Origin: Nitrospirales bacterium
GTDB lineage: Bacteria; Nitrospirota; Nitrospiria; Nitrospirales; UBA8639
Assembly (NCBI GenBank): GCA_021604365.1
Contig: BQIZ01000001.1
Span: 1 to 61,199 of the forward strand
DNA length: 61,199 nucleotides
Direction of reading: 5' to 3'
Shown here: positions 41,159 through 49,758 of the stretch, one piece after another
Numbering within the stretch: the first letter of the stretch is position 1
Layout: the number at the start of each line of letters is the position of its first letter
Position numbers and translations under genes: made by a program
Notes under the pieces: model-generated
Seen by the model: the letters and a program-made list of their open reading frames with translations, nothing else
Told to the model about the DNA's origin: nothing
Database searches by the model: none

Positions 41159-42976
41159 ATGGACGTGTTGAAAAAGAATATCGATATTCTTCGAGACCAG
41201 GATCCGATTCTTGCCGCGCAGATCCTCCAGGTGCCAGGAGGAACCCTGTCAATCCAACCAGCAAAATCAGGAATGCCAACTGCGGTCGTCAACTCCCGAT
41301 ATCTTCATAGTGCGTATGATCCGGTTCGCGAGGCAGCGAGCTGGGCTGAAGAACGTGTGAAAGACTGTCAAGCAGGGGAAACGATTGTCCTACTTGGCGT
41401 GGGACTGCTCTATCACGTGGAAGCCTTGCGTCAGATGTTGCCCCATGACCAGCACATGATGGTCGTTGTGCCGGACCTTTCCGAATTTGCAGATTGTGTT
41501 TCAGTCCGGTCCCTGGAAGGGTGGGGTGAACGGGTGATGTGGCTGACGGGTTCCATCACTGATATGGCTATCCAAGTGACCCAGAAAGCCAAGCGGGTGC
41601 GCATCCTGAGTTACGATCCTGCCGCCACGGTTCATTACGACATCTATGAACATTTCCGTTTGCAACTTCGTGATCACCTCGCTCAACGCTTAAGCGGGGC
41701 GCTTCATATCATGGTGATCGGTCCCATTTATGGCGGGTCGTTGCCCATTGCCCGATATGTGGTGAACGCCTTGGAAGGCCTTGGACATCGTGTGAGTTGG
41801 GTGGATCATAGTCCACATTATGCGGGATATCAGAATTTAGACACGATCCGGGATCATCGGTTGCGACTCACGGTCCAACAACGGATGAGTGAAACCCTGG
41901 CAGTGATTAGCCTGGCTCATGTGGCAGAAGATCCCCCTGACCTGGTTTTAGCCTTGTCCCAGGCGCCATTAACCATGGCGGTTTTGGAGCAAATGCGTCG
42001 AAAAAAGGTGTTGACGGCCATGTGGTTTGTTGAGAATTTTCGTCATTTAACCTATTGGCAGCAGATGGTGTCGGGTTATGACTTTTGGTTTGTGATGCAA
42101 CAAGCCGCATGCTTGGATGCTTTCAGGAAAGCCGGGGCCAAACAGGTGTCGTATCTTCCCTTAGCTGCTGATCCGGCCATTCACCAACCCATGGCCATTA
42201 CCCAAGAAGCGCGATACGAGTTTGGTGCCGACGTGTCTTTTTTGGGGGCAGGGTATAGAAACCGACGGCAGATCCTCCCATCCCTGGTCGGCCAAGGGTG
42301 GACATTTAAATTGTGGGGGAATGAATGGGAGAACCCGGGGCCGTTAGCTCAGGTTCTTCAGAGAGGGGGCGCACGCATTGATACCCCCACCAGTATGAAA
42401 ATTTTCAATGCCACCTCGGTCAATATTAATTTGCATTCTTATACGGGGAACGGATTCGATCCGGAGGGAGATGGGGTGAACCCCAGAACATTCGAATTAG
42501 CCAGTTGCGGGGCATTCCAAGTGGTCGATGCTCGTACCTTGCTTCCGGCGCTCTTTGATGAATCGATGATGGCGGTCATCAACAGTCCTGATCAGCTTCT
42601 CCCAACCGTCCAAACTTTTTTGCATGAACCAGCCAGACGATTGGCCATGGCTGAATTGTCCAGGAAGCGCGTATTAGAGGCGCATACGTACAGGCATCGG
42701 ATGAAGACGTTTTTAGGTGCCGTGGGTATGGCGAGTCCTGATCGGTTAGGAGCCATTCTTCAGGGGGATCGTCAGGCTGAATCGCTAGTGGCTCGGAGTG
42801 GCCAGTCCCCTGAATTGATTCCCATGCTGAAGGAATTTCTTCCGACCGATCGTGTGGAGTTAGTGGATGTGGCGAAAAACATTCGGAAGAAAGGGCCGGA
42901 AGCCCGGTTGAACCGTGAGGAATTACTAATTTTGATGATGGATGAATACCGTCAGGAAAAACGGGATTTTCTTTAA
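41159..42976 (+). CDS. Maf-like N-terminal domain fused to a DUF3880/CgeB-family glycosyltransferase
   Basis: LKKNIDIL..YLHSAYDPVREA..LLGVGLLYH; WFVEN, YLPLAADP, SFLGAGY.NR, NPRTFE and HTYRHR. Confidence 0.85.
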   Translation: MDVLKKNIDILRDQDPILAAQILQVPGGTLSIQPAKSGMPTAVVNSRYLHSAYDPVREAASWAEERVKDCQAGETIVLLGVGLLYHVEALRQMLPHDQHMMVVVPDLSEFADCVSVRSLEGWGERVMWLTGSITDMAIQVTQKAKRVRILSYDPAATVHYDIYEHFRLQLRDHLAQRLSGALHIMVIGPIYGGSLPIARYVVNALEGLGHRVSWVDHSPHYAGYQNLDTIRDHRLRLTVQQRMSETLAVISLAHVAEDPPDLVLALSQAPLTMAVLEQMRRKKVLTAMWFVENFRHLTYWQQMVSGYDFWFVMQQAACLDAFRKAGAKQVSYLPLAADPAIHQPMAITQEARYEFGADVSFLGAGYRNRRQILPSLVGQGWTFKLWGNEWENPGPLAQVLQRGGARIDTPTSMKIFNATSVNINLHSYTGNGFDPEGDGVNPRTFELASCGAFQVVDARTLLPALFDESMMAVINSPDQLLPTVQTFLHEPARRLAMAELSRKRVLEAHTYRHRMKTFLGAVGMASPDRLGAILQGDRQAESLVARSGQSPELIPMLKEFLPTDRVELVDVAKNIRKKGPEARLNREELLILMMDEYRQEKRDFL

Positions 42977-43015
42977 CACCCTGATGATGAAAAATTCTCC
43001 TAAGGTCAATTCTTA

Positions 43016-44671
43016 ATGAATAAACAAATTCTCATTATCAATATTACCCGGATGGGTGATTTGATTCAGATGGTTCCCTTGCTTTCACGGTTGGAGGAAG
43101 AATGGCCTGGTGTGGGCATTGATCTGATTGTTGATAAAGAATTTGCCCATGTTGCTAGCCTTATTCCTGGAATTCGACAGGTGTTGATGTTTGATTTTCA
43201 GCTGCTGATGGACGAGAGCCGGGTGGGAACGCGGGACGTGGTGACCCTCTATCAGGATCTTGCTGGTTGGGTTCGACCCTTACTGCAGGTTGGGTACGAT
43301 CGTGTCGTGAATCTTACCTTTAATCGCCGTAGCGCCTTTCTGGTGAAATATTTTGGGTGTGCCGATGAGCGAGGAATGACTACGACCCAGGATGGGAGTT
43401 TCGTGGTGAAAAATCCTTGGATGAAATATTTCGTGGATTTCCAAGTGTATCGGCAATTGAATCGGTTCAATATTGTTGATCTCTTTTCACTTGGTGGCAG
43501 TGGAACAGGATCGTTCCATCCTCTTCGCCTACATGTGCCACAGGACATGAAAGAATGGGCACGGACCTATTTGAGACAAGCAGGCACGGCGGATGAATGG
43601 ATTGCCATTCAAGTCGGCGCTAGTGATCCAATGAAGGCCTGGCGACCGGAATATTTCGGGCAAATGATGGCGTGTCTTAGTCAAAAACAGCCAGTCGGAT
43701 TTCTCTTGATCGGGACAAAGAAAGAAGAGACGGATGTTCAGGAGGCTATTCGGTGTTACCGGCAGGCGGGAGGGTTGGGAACCCTTTGCGAAGCGGTCGG
43801 CCAAACTACAGTGCCGCAACTGGTGGCTTTGCTTGAATATTGTCAGTTGATGGTGACCAATGATACCGGGCCCATGCACATGGCCGTGGGAGTGAATACG
43901 CCGGTTCTTAACGTGTCAGTAGGTCATGTGAATTTTTGGGAAACCGGACCTTTTGGGCCAGGGCATTGGGTGGTTCAGCCCGAGATTTTGTGTGGCCCAT
44001 GTGGATTCGATAAGGTCTGTCCTCACCATGCTTGTAAAGATCAGATCATTCCTCAAGAGATGGCCGACCTCTGTTTACATCTTATGGGTACTCGTCCCTT
44101 TCCTTCATTTTCGTCCAAAATTCGGGTCTATGAGGGTGGCGTCAATGAAGATCAGTTAGGGACATTTACGATAAGAGCGGGAACGGAAGAACAAGCGGCC
44201 TCCTGGTATGCGGAGTATTGGCGCCAACACTGGTATGAATTGAATACCGGTACCCCGAGCTTGGTCCATTTTCTCCCAACGTCTCCACCAGATTTTCTCG
44301 AATGCGAGCAGGTATGGCGTCGTTTGGCTCCTCAGCTCGATCAGTTGTGTATTCAAGCCGAGGCGGTATTAGATATGTGTCGTCAAAGGCCCATTCCAGT
44401 TAATAGGTTGAAAGCGCAACAACATCAATTAAGTGTTAACACACTCACAATGCAACAGGTGGCCAGGCCGTCCTTGGCTTTTGGCCCGTTAGCAATGGCT
44501 TTTTTTCGAGATACTTTAAGCTTGGAGTCCGCGACCCTCAGCGGCATGGCTGAGGAACATGCTCGAGCATATCATGTATTTCGCACTCGAGGAGAAGAAA
44601 ATTATAGGCGGTTGGAAGAAATGTATTCTCATGATCCAAGGAGGGCTCTGTATGCACGTGCAATTGGATGA
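43016..44671 (+). CDS. Glycosyltransferase family 9 with C-terminal helical extension
   Basis: IINITRMGDLIQ, VTNDTGPMHMAVG and CGPC...C..HAC. Confidence 0.88.
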   Translation: MNKQILIINITRMGDLIQMVPLLSRLEEEWPGVGIDLIVDKEFAHVASLIPGIRQVLMFDFQLLMDESRVGTRDVVTLYQDLAGWVRPLLQVGYDRVVNLTFNRRSAFLVKYFGCADERGMTTTQDGSFVVKNPWMKYFVDFQVYRQLNRFNIVDLFSLGGSGTGSFHPLRLHVPQDMKEWARTYLRQAGTADEWIAIQVGASDPMKAWRPEYFGQMMACLSQKQPVGFLLIGTKKEETDVQEAIRCYRQAGGLGTLCEAVGQTTVPQLVALLEYCQLMVTNDTGPMHMAVGVNTPVLNVSVGHVNFWETGPFGPGHWVVQPEILCGPCGFDKVCPHHACKDQIIPQEMADLCLHLMGTRPFPSFSSKIRVYEGGVNEDQLGTFTIRAGTEEQAASWYAEYWRQHWYELNTGTPSLVHFLPTSPPDFLECEQVWRRLAPQLDQLCIQAEAVLDMCRQRPIPVNRLKAQQHQLSVNTLTMQQVARPSLAFGPLAMAFFRDTLSLESATLSGMAEEHARAYHVFRTRGEENYRRLEEMYSHDPRRALYARAIG

Positions 44672-45200
44672 AGAAATCTGGGAAGTAAGTGATCGTATTC
44701 AGCTAGGGGAAGTTCTGGCCAATTTGAGTGACCGCGCTCAGGCCAAAGGGTGTTTGGTAACGGAATTAATGGTTGGTGATCGGAAAATGACGGATCGGGA
44801 GTTAGTGCCTCCCACCCTGGCTCAGGTGGCGAGTTCGTTTGGCTCCATCGCGGCCGTGAGTAAACAGGTTGAAACCATCGTGCGGTATTCTGAAGAAACA
44901 GGAAAACAATTCGGAGCACAGCTATGCGTTGAAGGGCAGAAATTTGTAGATGCTTTCCGACAAGGGAATGGAAAATTTCACCAATTAGACAAATGGTTCG
45001 GTCAAATTGCGGATTACCTGGAGTGGCTGAAGATTCATGAAGTTGTGGGGCTTAAAAATCCCGAGGCCACGAGAGATTTATCGTTTTGGGTCAACGAATT
45101 ATTGAATGCTCGGGAAGTCGAAGATGAGGTTCGAAGTGCAGACATGCTGGAGTATGAGGTAATTCCTCGTCTTGTCCAAAAAAATCCTTCTCCCATGTAG
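44652..45200 (+). CDS. Conserved flagellin-locus hypothetical protein
   Basis: AAGGAGG RBS before the ATG at 44652. C-terminal A.E..D.V..ADMLEYEVIPRL motif. Confidence 0.75.
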   Translation: MHVQLDEEIWEVSDRIQLGEVLANLSDRAQAKGCLVTELMVGDRKMTDRELVPPTLAQVASSFGSIAAVSKQVETIVRYSEETGKQFGAQLCVEGQKFVDAFRQGNGKFHQLDKWFGQIADYLEWLKIHEVVGLKNPEATRDLSFWVNELLNAREVEDEVRSADMLEYEVIPRLVQKNPSPM

Positions 45201-45389
45201 CGGCAAGCTATTTTTTGTTTGGCTCTTCTTTGTGGTTAGTTTGAACCGTTTTGCTCCCCGTAGTTTGCTATGGGGGTTCCCACTGAAAAATATGGAATTG
45301 ATGTTTTTCTATTTACCCATTCAATTGCCGCCAGGATCTGTAATGAGGGTTCTTCCAGAGCGACTGAGTGATCGGCGTTAAACCCTCCC

Positions 45390-45416
45390 TCAAGTTTTGC
45401 TTCTGGTAGTCGATAC
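45390..45416 (+). promoter_or_regulatory. Sigma28 promoter of flagellin
   Basis: TCAAGTTT-N11-GTCGATAC. Confidence 0.8.
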
Positions 45417-45490
45417 ATACGACAGAAGTGGAAATTGGTTCACTTCAAAACTTTCGAGGAGGCCATTAGGCTCAACTCATTTATTTTATT

Positions 45491-45531
45491 CCTCAAGGGA
45501 CGGATCCCTTGAGGCGCAGCCATCAAGGAGG
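45491..45531 (+). promoter_or_regulatory. CsrA-type binding sites in the flagellin leader
   Basis: A perfect 10-bp stem, CCTCAAGGGA/TCCCTTGAGG, with a CGGA loop, and a second GGA in the SD (AAGGAGG). Confidence 0.7.
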
Positions 45532-45536
45532 AAAGT

Positions 45537-46364
45537 ATGGCACTTGTCGTTAACAACAACATCGCATCACTTAATGCTCAACGAAACTTGGGCGTGTCCA
45601 GTGCTCAATTGGAAGGGTCAGTCGCCCGTCTTTCTTCGGGTTTGCGAATAACCCGGGCCGCGGATGATGCGGCGGGCTTAGGAATTTCTGAAACCTTACG
45701 GGCCCAGATTCGAAGCATTAATCAAGCCGTCAGAAACTCAAATGACGGCATTAGCTTATTGCAGATTGCAGACGGTGGCGCGGAAGGTATCGGTAATCTG
45801 TTAGGTCGGCTTCGTGAACTTGCCGAACAATCAGCCAGTGGAATCCTTGGATCCAATGAGCGATCTTTCCTTGATCAGGAGTTTGTCGCCCTTCGTTCTG
45901 AAATCGATCGAATCTCCTCGGTGACCGAGTTTAACGGAGTGAAACTGTTAAGTGGAACCGCTAATGACTCCTTGAGCATCCAAATCGGTTTTCGTAGTTC
46001 AGCGAATGATACGTTATCACTGTCCCTTAAGGATTTAAACACCAATACATTAAGTCTGGGCAGTGTCAATGTGTCTACTTCTGGGAATGCCTTAAGCGCA
46101 CTGTCTAATATCGATAGTGCAATTAGTGCTGTGGCGTCTGCTCGAGCGAATATCGGGTCCTTGCAAAACAGGATTGATGCGGCTGTGGGAAATTTGCAAG
46201 TAGCTGGTGAAAATATCACCGCTGCAGAATCACGAATTCGCGATGCGGATATTGCCTTTGAATCAGCGAAGTTTGTTCGAAATCAGATATTGGTTCAGGC
46301 GGGTACGTCAATTTTGGCTCAAGCCAATACGTTGCCTCAGCAAGCCCTTGCCTTGCTACAGTAA
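45537..46364 (+). CDS. fliC: Flagellin (short, 275 aa)
   Basis: NNNIASLNAQRNL, RLSSGLRI..AADDAAGL, ESRIRDAD and ILAQAN..PQ. Confidence 0.97.
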   Translation: MALVVNNNIASLNAQRNLGVSSAQLEGSVARLSSGLRITRAADDAAGLGISETLRAQIRSINQAVRNSNDGISLLQIADGGAEGIGNLLGRLRELAEQSASGILGSNERSFLDQEFVALRSEIDRISSVTEFNGVKLLSGTANDSLSIQIGFRSSANDTLSLSLKDLNTNTLSLGSVNVSTSGNALSALSNIDSAISAVASARANIGSLQNRIDAAVGNLQVAGENITAAESRIRDADIAFESAKFVRNQILVQAGTSILAQANTLPQQALALLQ

Positions 46365-46374
46365 TCAGTATTAA

Positions 46375-46405
46375 GGAGAAACCGGGGCTTCGCCCCGGTT
46401 TCTCC
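46375..46405 (+). terminator. Strong hairpin after fliC (terminator or mRNA stabiliser)
   Basis: GGAGAAACCGGGGC-TTC-GCCCCGGTTTCTCC, a 14-bp stem with no U-tract. Confidence 0.6.
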
Positions 46406-46432
46406 CTATAAGAAAGTTTGGGTTAATCTACT

Positions 46433-46831
46433 ATGATTTCAACACTTTCTGACAGCGCCTCTTTCATCACTGTCTCAGTTGGAAATGAGATTCGTGTTCG
46501 GGCTGAGCAGAAATCCATCGCGGGGGATGCTCAGCGCAAATCAGAGACGAAGCAGGTTGGTTTTTCCCCGGAGCCAGCTGAGGATTCAATGGTCAATGAA
46601 CCATTGACCTCGGAGCAGGTGCAAACAACCGTGGCTCGCCTTCAAGAAACATTGAAGCATATTCAACCTCGATTAGAAATTTCTCTGGAAAGGGATATTA
46701 ATCAGGTGATTTTTCGGGTCGTGGATAAAGAATCAGGTGACCTCATCCGACAAATACCTTCAGAAAAGGTGGTAGAGCTTGCGCGGTTATTTTCGGGACA
46801 GTCAGGGCTGCTTGTGGAGGAAAACATTTAG
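46433..46831 (+). CDS. flaG: Flagellar protein FlaG
   Basis: VVDKESGDLIRQIPSEKV..GLLV. Confidence 0.9.
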   Translation: MISTLSDSASFITVSVGNEIRVRAEQKSIAGDAQRKSETKQVGFSPEPAEDSMVNEPLTSEQVQTTVARLQETLKHIQPRLEISLERDINQVIFRVVDKESGDLIRQIPSEKVVELARLFSGQSGLLVEENI

Positions 46832-46858
46832 TCAACTTCTCAACCCGTTTGCCGATCA
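46832..46858 (+). promoter_or_regulatory. Putative sigma28 promoter for fliD-fliS-fliT
   Basis: TCAACTTC-N11-GCCGATCA. Confidence 0.55.
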
Positions 46859-46955
46859 TGAGCCCAATGACTCTTTGAGAAATCAAGTTTTTCAATACGA
46901 TAAGGGACCGTTGAGCGTTTCGTCATGGCAAAGAGAATGACGAGAGGAATGTCCG

Positions 46956-48371
46956 ATGGCTATTAGCTTCGGTGGACTTGGGAATGGGGTAGATTTTGGA
47001 CCTGTTGTCGATGCGCTCGTTCAGGCAGAACGGTTTCCCATTGATGGCCTTACCCAGAAAAAACTCCAGGCCCAAAAAAAACAAACCGAATTGGGTATGT
47101 TAGGGGCTAAATTACTCAGCTTTCAAGGTCTGGGGAACAGTCTTCGTAATCGGGTCAGCTTTAACAAAAATCAAGTCAATGTTGCCTCACCCAGTGCCCA
47201 GACCCCTTTGGCGGCATCTGTTTCTTCGTCGGCCGCTCCTGGTACTTATCAGGTGACTGTGAACCAGTTGGCCTCGGCACATCAAATTATTTCTAAGGCT
47301 TCCACGGCATTTTCTGAATCTGATGCGGATATTGTTGGTGGCGCATCCGGAACATTTCAATTTCAGGTGGGTACGGGTTCAATTCACACTGTAAATCTGG
47401 ATGCTACGGGTACATTGGATGAATTACGTTCCGCGATAAATGATCTGGGTGCCGGAGTGAGTGCTTCAGTTTTGAATACTGGGGGTGAAGCCTCCCCGCA
47501 ATTTCGTCTCGTATTATCAGCGAATGAGACTGGGCTTGATCAGGCCATCACGATTGTGGCTGATGATACGAATTTAGATATGGTAACGACAGGAGTGGAT
47601 ACGTTTCAAGCCGCTCAGGACTCTGAAATTGTGCTGGGGGCAACGGATGGCGGGGCCGGGACAACGGCCATTACGATCAATCGTTCGAGCAATACACTCA
47701 CCGATGTCGTGACTGGCCTCACCCTCAACCTCCAAGCCGTGGATGCCAGTAACCCTGTTACGATCTCGGTGAGTCAGGATCATAGTGCTGTCAAGGCAGC
47801 CATCTCAGATTTTGTGAAAGGGTACAATGAAATAGTATCCTTTGTTAATGAACGAACATTTTATAATACAGAAACCAAGGAACGTGGAATTTTCGTCGGT
47901 GAGAGTTTGGCGCGAAATGTTCTTGATCGGGTCCGAGAGTCCGTCTTTTCCCAAATCGGTGGGTTAACGACTTACACTGGAGCTTCCCAAATTGGATTTG
48001 AGACGCAAACCACTGATGGAACGATTAAGCTAAATGAAGCGGCCTTAGATTCTGCCCTAAGTACAAATTTTTCCGCGGTACGTGATTTGTTTGTCAAGAA
48101 TGCTACCACCGGCACCAAGGGGATCGCGGAATTAGTGGTGAATGCCATTGATGGATTAGATGACATCGACACGGGTTCCCTCACGCGCCGCCAAAATGCC
48201 TTGACGCAACAAGTGAAAGATTTTACAAGTCAAATTACTTTAAAAGAGGAAGCCTTGACGCGGTTCGAGCAACAACAACGTTTGAAGTTTGCCAATTTAG
48301 ATGGGTTGTTGGCCAGATTACAAAGTCAATTGAAACAAATGCAGAACGCATTCCCCACGACAAATGGGTAA
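46956..48371 (+). CDS. fliD: Flagellar filament cap FliD
   Basis: ISFGGLGNGVD..LVQAE, GTYQVTVNQLA, SSNTLTDVVTGLTLNL, FVKGYN and KFANLD..LQSQ. Confidence 0.95.
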   Translation: MAISFGGLGNGVDFGPVVDALVQAERFPIDGLTQKKLQAQKKQTELGMLGAKLLSFQGLGNSLRNRVSFNKNQVNVASPSAQTPLAASVSSSAAPGTYQVTVNQLASAHQIISKASTAFSESDADIVGGASGTFQFQVGTGSIHTVNLDATGTLDELRSAINDLGAGVSASVLNTGGEASPQFRLVLSANETGLDQAITIVADDTNLDMVTTGVDTFQAAQDSEIVLGATDGGAGTTAITINRSSNTLTDVVTGLTLNLQAVDASNPVTISVSQDHSAVKAAISDFVKGYNEIVSFVNERTFYNTETKERGIFVGESLARNVLDRVRESVFSQIGGLTTYTGASQIGFETQTTDGTIKLNEAALDSALSTNFSAVRDLFVKNATTGTKGIAELVVNAIDGLDDIDTGSLTRRQNALTQQVKDFTSQITLKEEALTRFEQQQRLKFANLDGLLARLQSQLKQMQNAFPTTNG

Positions 48372-48386
48372 CGAGAGGATGTTCGT

Positions 48387-48779
48387 ATGATGGTTGGTGC
48401 TCAGTCTTATGCAAACACGCAAATCCAAACTGCGTCCAATGTTCAAGTGATTGTGTTGTTGTATGATGGGGCGATTTCTTCCATGAAACTCGCACAAGAG
48501 GGAATGTGTGCATTGAATTATCCGGATAAGGCCCGATTCCTCGATCGTGCGCTTCGAGTGATTGGGGAATTATCGGCTGCCCTTAATATGGAGGAAGGTG
48601 GTGGGATCGCCAAGGATTTACGCCGTATGTATGAATACATGCAATTTGAGTTGACTCAAGCCAACTTGAAAAATGAACCCCGTCGCTTAGAAGGCCCTAT
48701 CCGTTGTCTTTCGCTTATTCGAGAAGCTTGGGTAGAATTGGCCGTTCAAGGAGCCAAGCCTCAGGCGGTCGGGATCTAA
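48387..48779 (+). CDS. fliS: Flagellin chaperone FliS
   Basis: YANTQIQTAS..LLYDGAI, LNMEEGG.IA..L..MYEYM and REAW. Confidence 0.95.
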   Translation: MMVGAQSYANTQIQTASNVQVIVLLYDGAISSMKLAQEGMCALNYPDKARFLDRALRVIGELSAALNMEEGGGIAKDLRRMYEYMQFELTQANLKNEPRRLEGPIRCLSLIREAWVELAVQGAKPQAVGI

Positions 48780-48792
48780 ACACTGGGGTCTT

Positions 48793-49107
48793 ATGCCTAA
48801 AGTCAGCTGCCTTGTTGAACAGCTCACCCAAGATGCCATTGAGGCAGCCCAAAATGGGCAATGGGAGCAAGTCATTGTTCTCTATGATCAGCGTCTGTCG
48901 CATGGACCACAACAAGCCCTTTCCTCAGAGGCCATCAAATTCCTGGTGGAATCTGATCAGTGGTTGGTCAAGAGGGTTCGAGAAGCCCAAGCCGCGATCA
49001 GGCAACATCTGAATGATATTCAGGATCAACGACGCAAGTTAGGGGTTCTGAAACGGCAGTGGGGAGTCAAATCCACGACCCAGGTGCGTCATCTTCTGAC
49101 AATTTGA
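48793..49107 (+). CDS. fliT: FliT-like chaperone
   Basis: AAQNGQWEQV..L..QR helical protein directly after fliS. Confidence 0.6.
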   Translation: MPKVSCLVEQLTQDAIEAAQNGQWEQVIVLYDQRLSHGPQQALSSEAIKFLVESDQWLVKRVREAQAAIRQHLNDIQDQRRKLGVLKRQWGVKSTTQVRHLLTI

Positions 49108-49180
49108 ATGTTGGGCGGATGTATGAGGGTTTTTCGTGATTGGGACCATAGAGAATTCTCCCAAAAACCCCAATCCAAAA

Positions 49181-49229
49181 TCTGTGTCTGAGATGACGAA
49201 ATTTCTACGTCATCTTTTTGACGCACAGA
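49181..49229. promoter_or_regulatory. Nested inverted repeats or operator-like palindrome
   Basis: AGATGACG-N9-CGTCATCT overlaps CGTCA-TCTTTT-TGACG, with outer arms TCTGTG/CACAGA. Confidence 0.5.
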
Positions 49230-49428
49230 GTCAAGCTAATACTCATGCTTAGAGAAAATTTCCCGCATGTTTCCTTCTATCCTACATTTCTCTGGAAAAA
49301 CAGCCGAAAAGAAAGAGAAGCTGTCCAGGTATAACAATTGCGGGATTGCATCCTTCAAAGATGTGGTTTTCCTTTTTTGGAGAATGACACGCCTGGTTGT
49401 TCACCCTTCCATCTGAAGGAACGACATA

Positions 49429-49680
49429 ATGACTCAACAATCGGCATCCACTGCAAACACTCCTTTGTCTGTATTGCCCGATAATTCTATACAAAATGGA
49501 AAATTATTACATTCGCTCTCCAATAAATTATTACCTATTGTGGTGTTCTCCGAGTTAGCGTTACGTCGGTGCGAAGATGATCAGCTGAAGGGACAATTGG
49601 AGAAAATTCATGGGGCTGCCGAACAAGCCAGGGATATTCTTGTGGAAATTCGGAGCCTTTACAACGGGAAGAATTCCTAA
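49429..49680 (+). CDS. Stand-alone HisKA/DHp-like microprotein
   Basis: LLHSLSNKLLPIVVFSELAL..LEKIHGAAEQARDILVEIR, an H-box two-helix pattern. AAGGAA RBS. Confidence 0.7.
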   Translation: MTQQSASTANTPLSVLPDNSIQNGKLLHSLSNKLLPIVVFSELALRRCEDDQLKGQLEKIHGAAEQARDILVEIRSLYNGKNS

Positions 49681-49758
49681 TATGAACTTAGGGTTCTCGG
49701 ATTCTTCAATTTCCCTGGTTTATGTGTGATGGAATGGCTCTTCTTATAAAGGTGTTTT

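Noticed and set aside
49108-49428. c-di-GMP riboswitch upstream of the HisKA-PilZ genes
   Set aside because: I could not find the GEMM-I two-hairpin signature. Only palindromes were seen.
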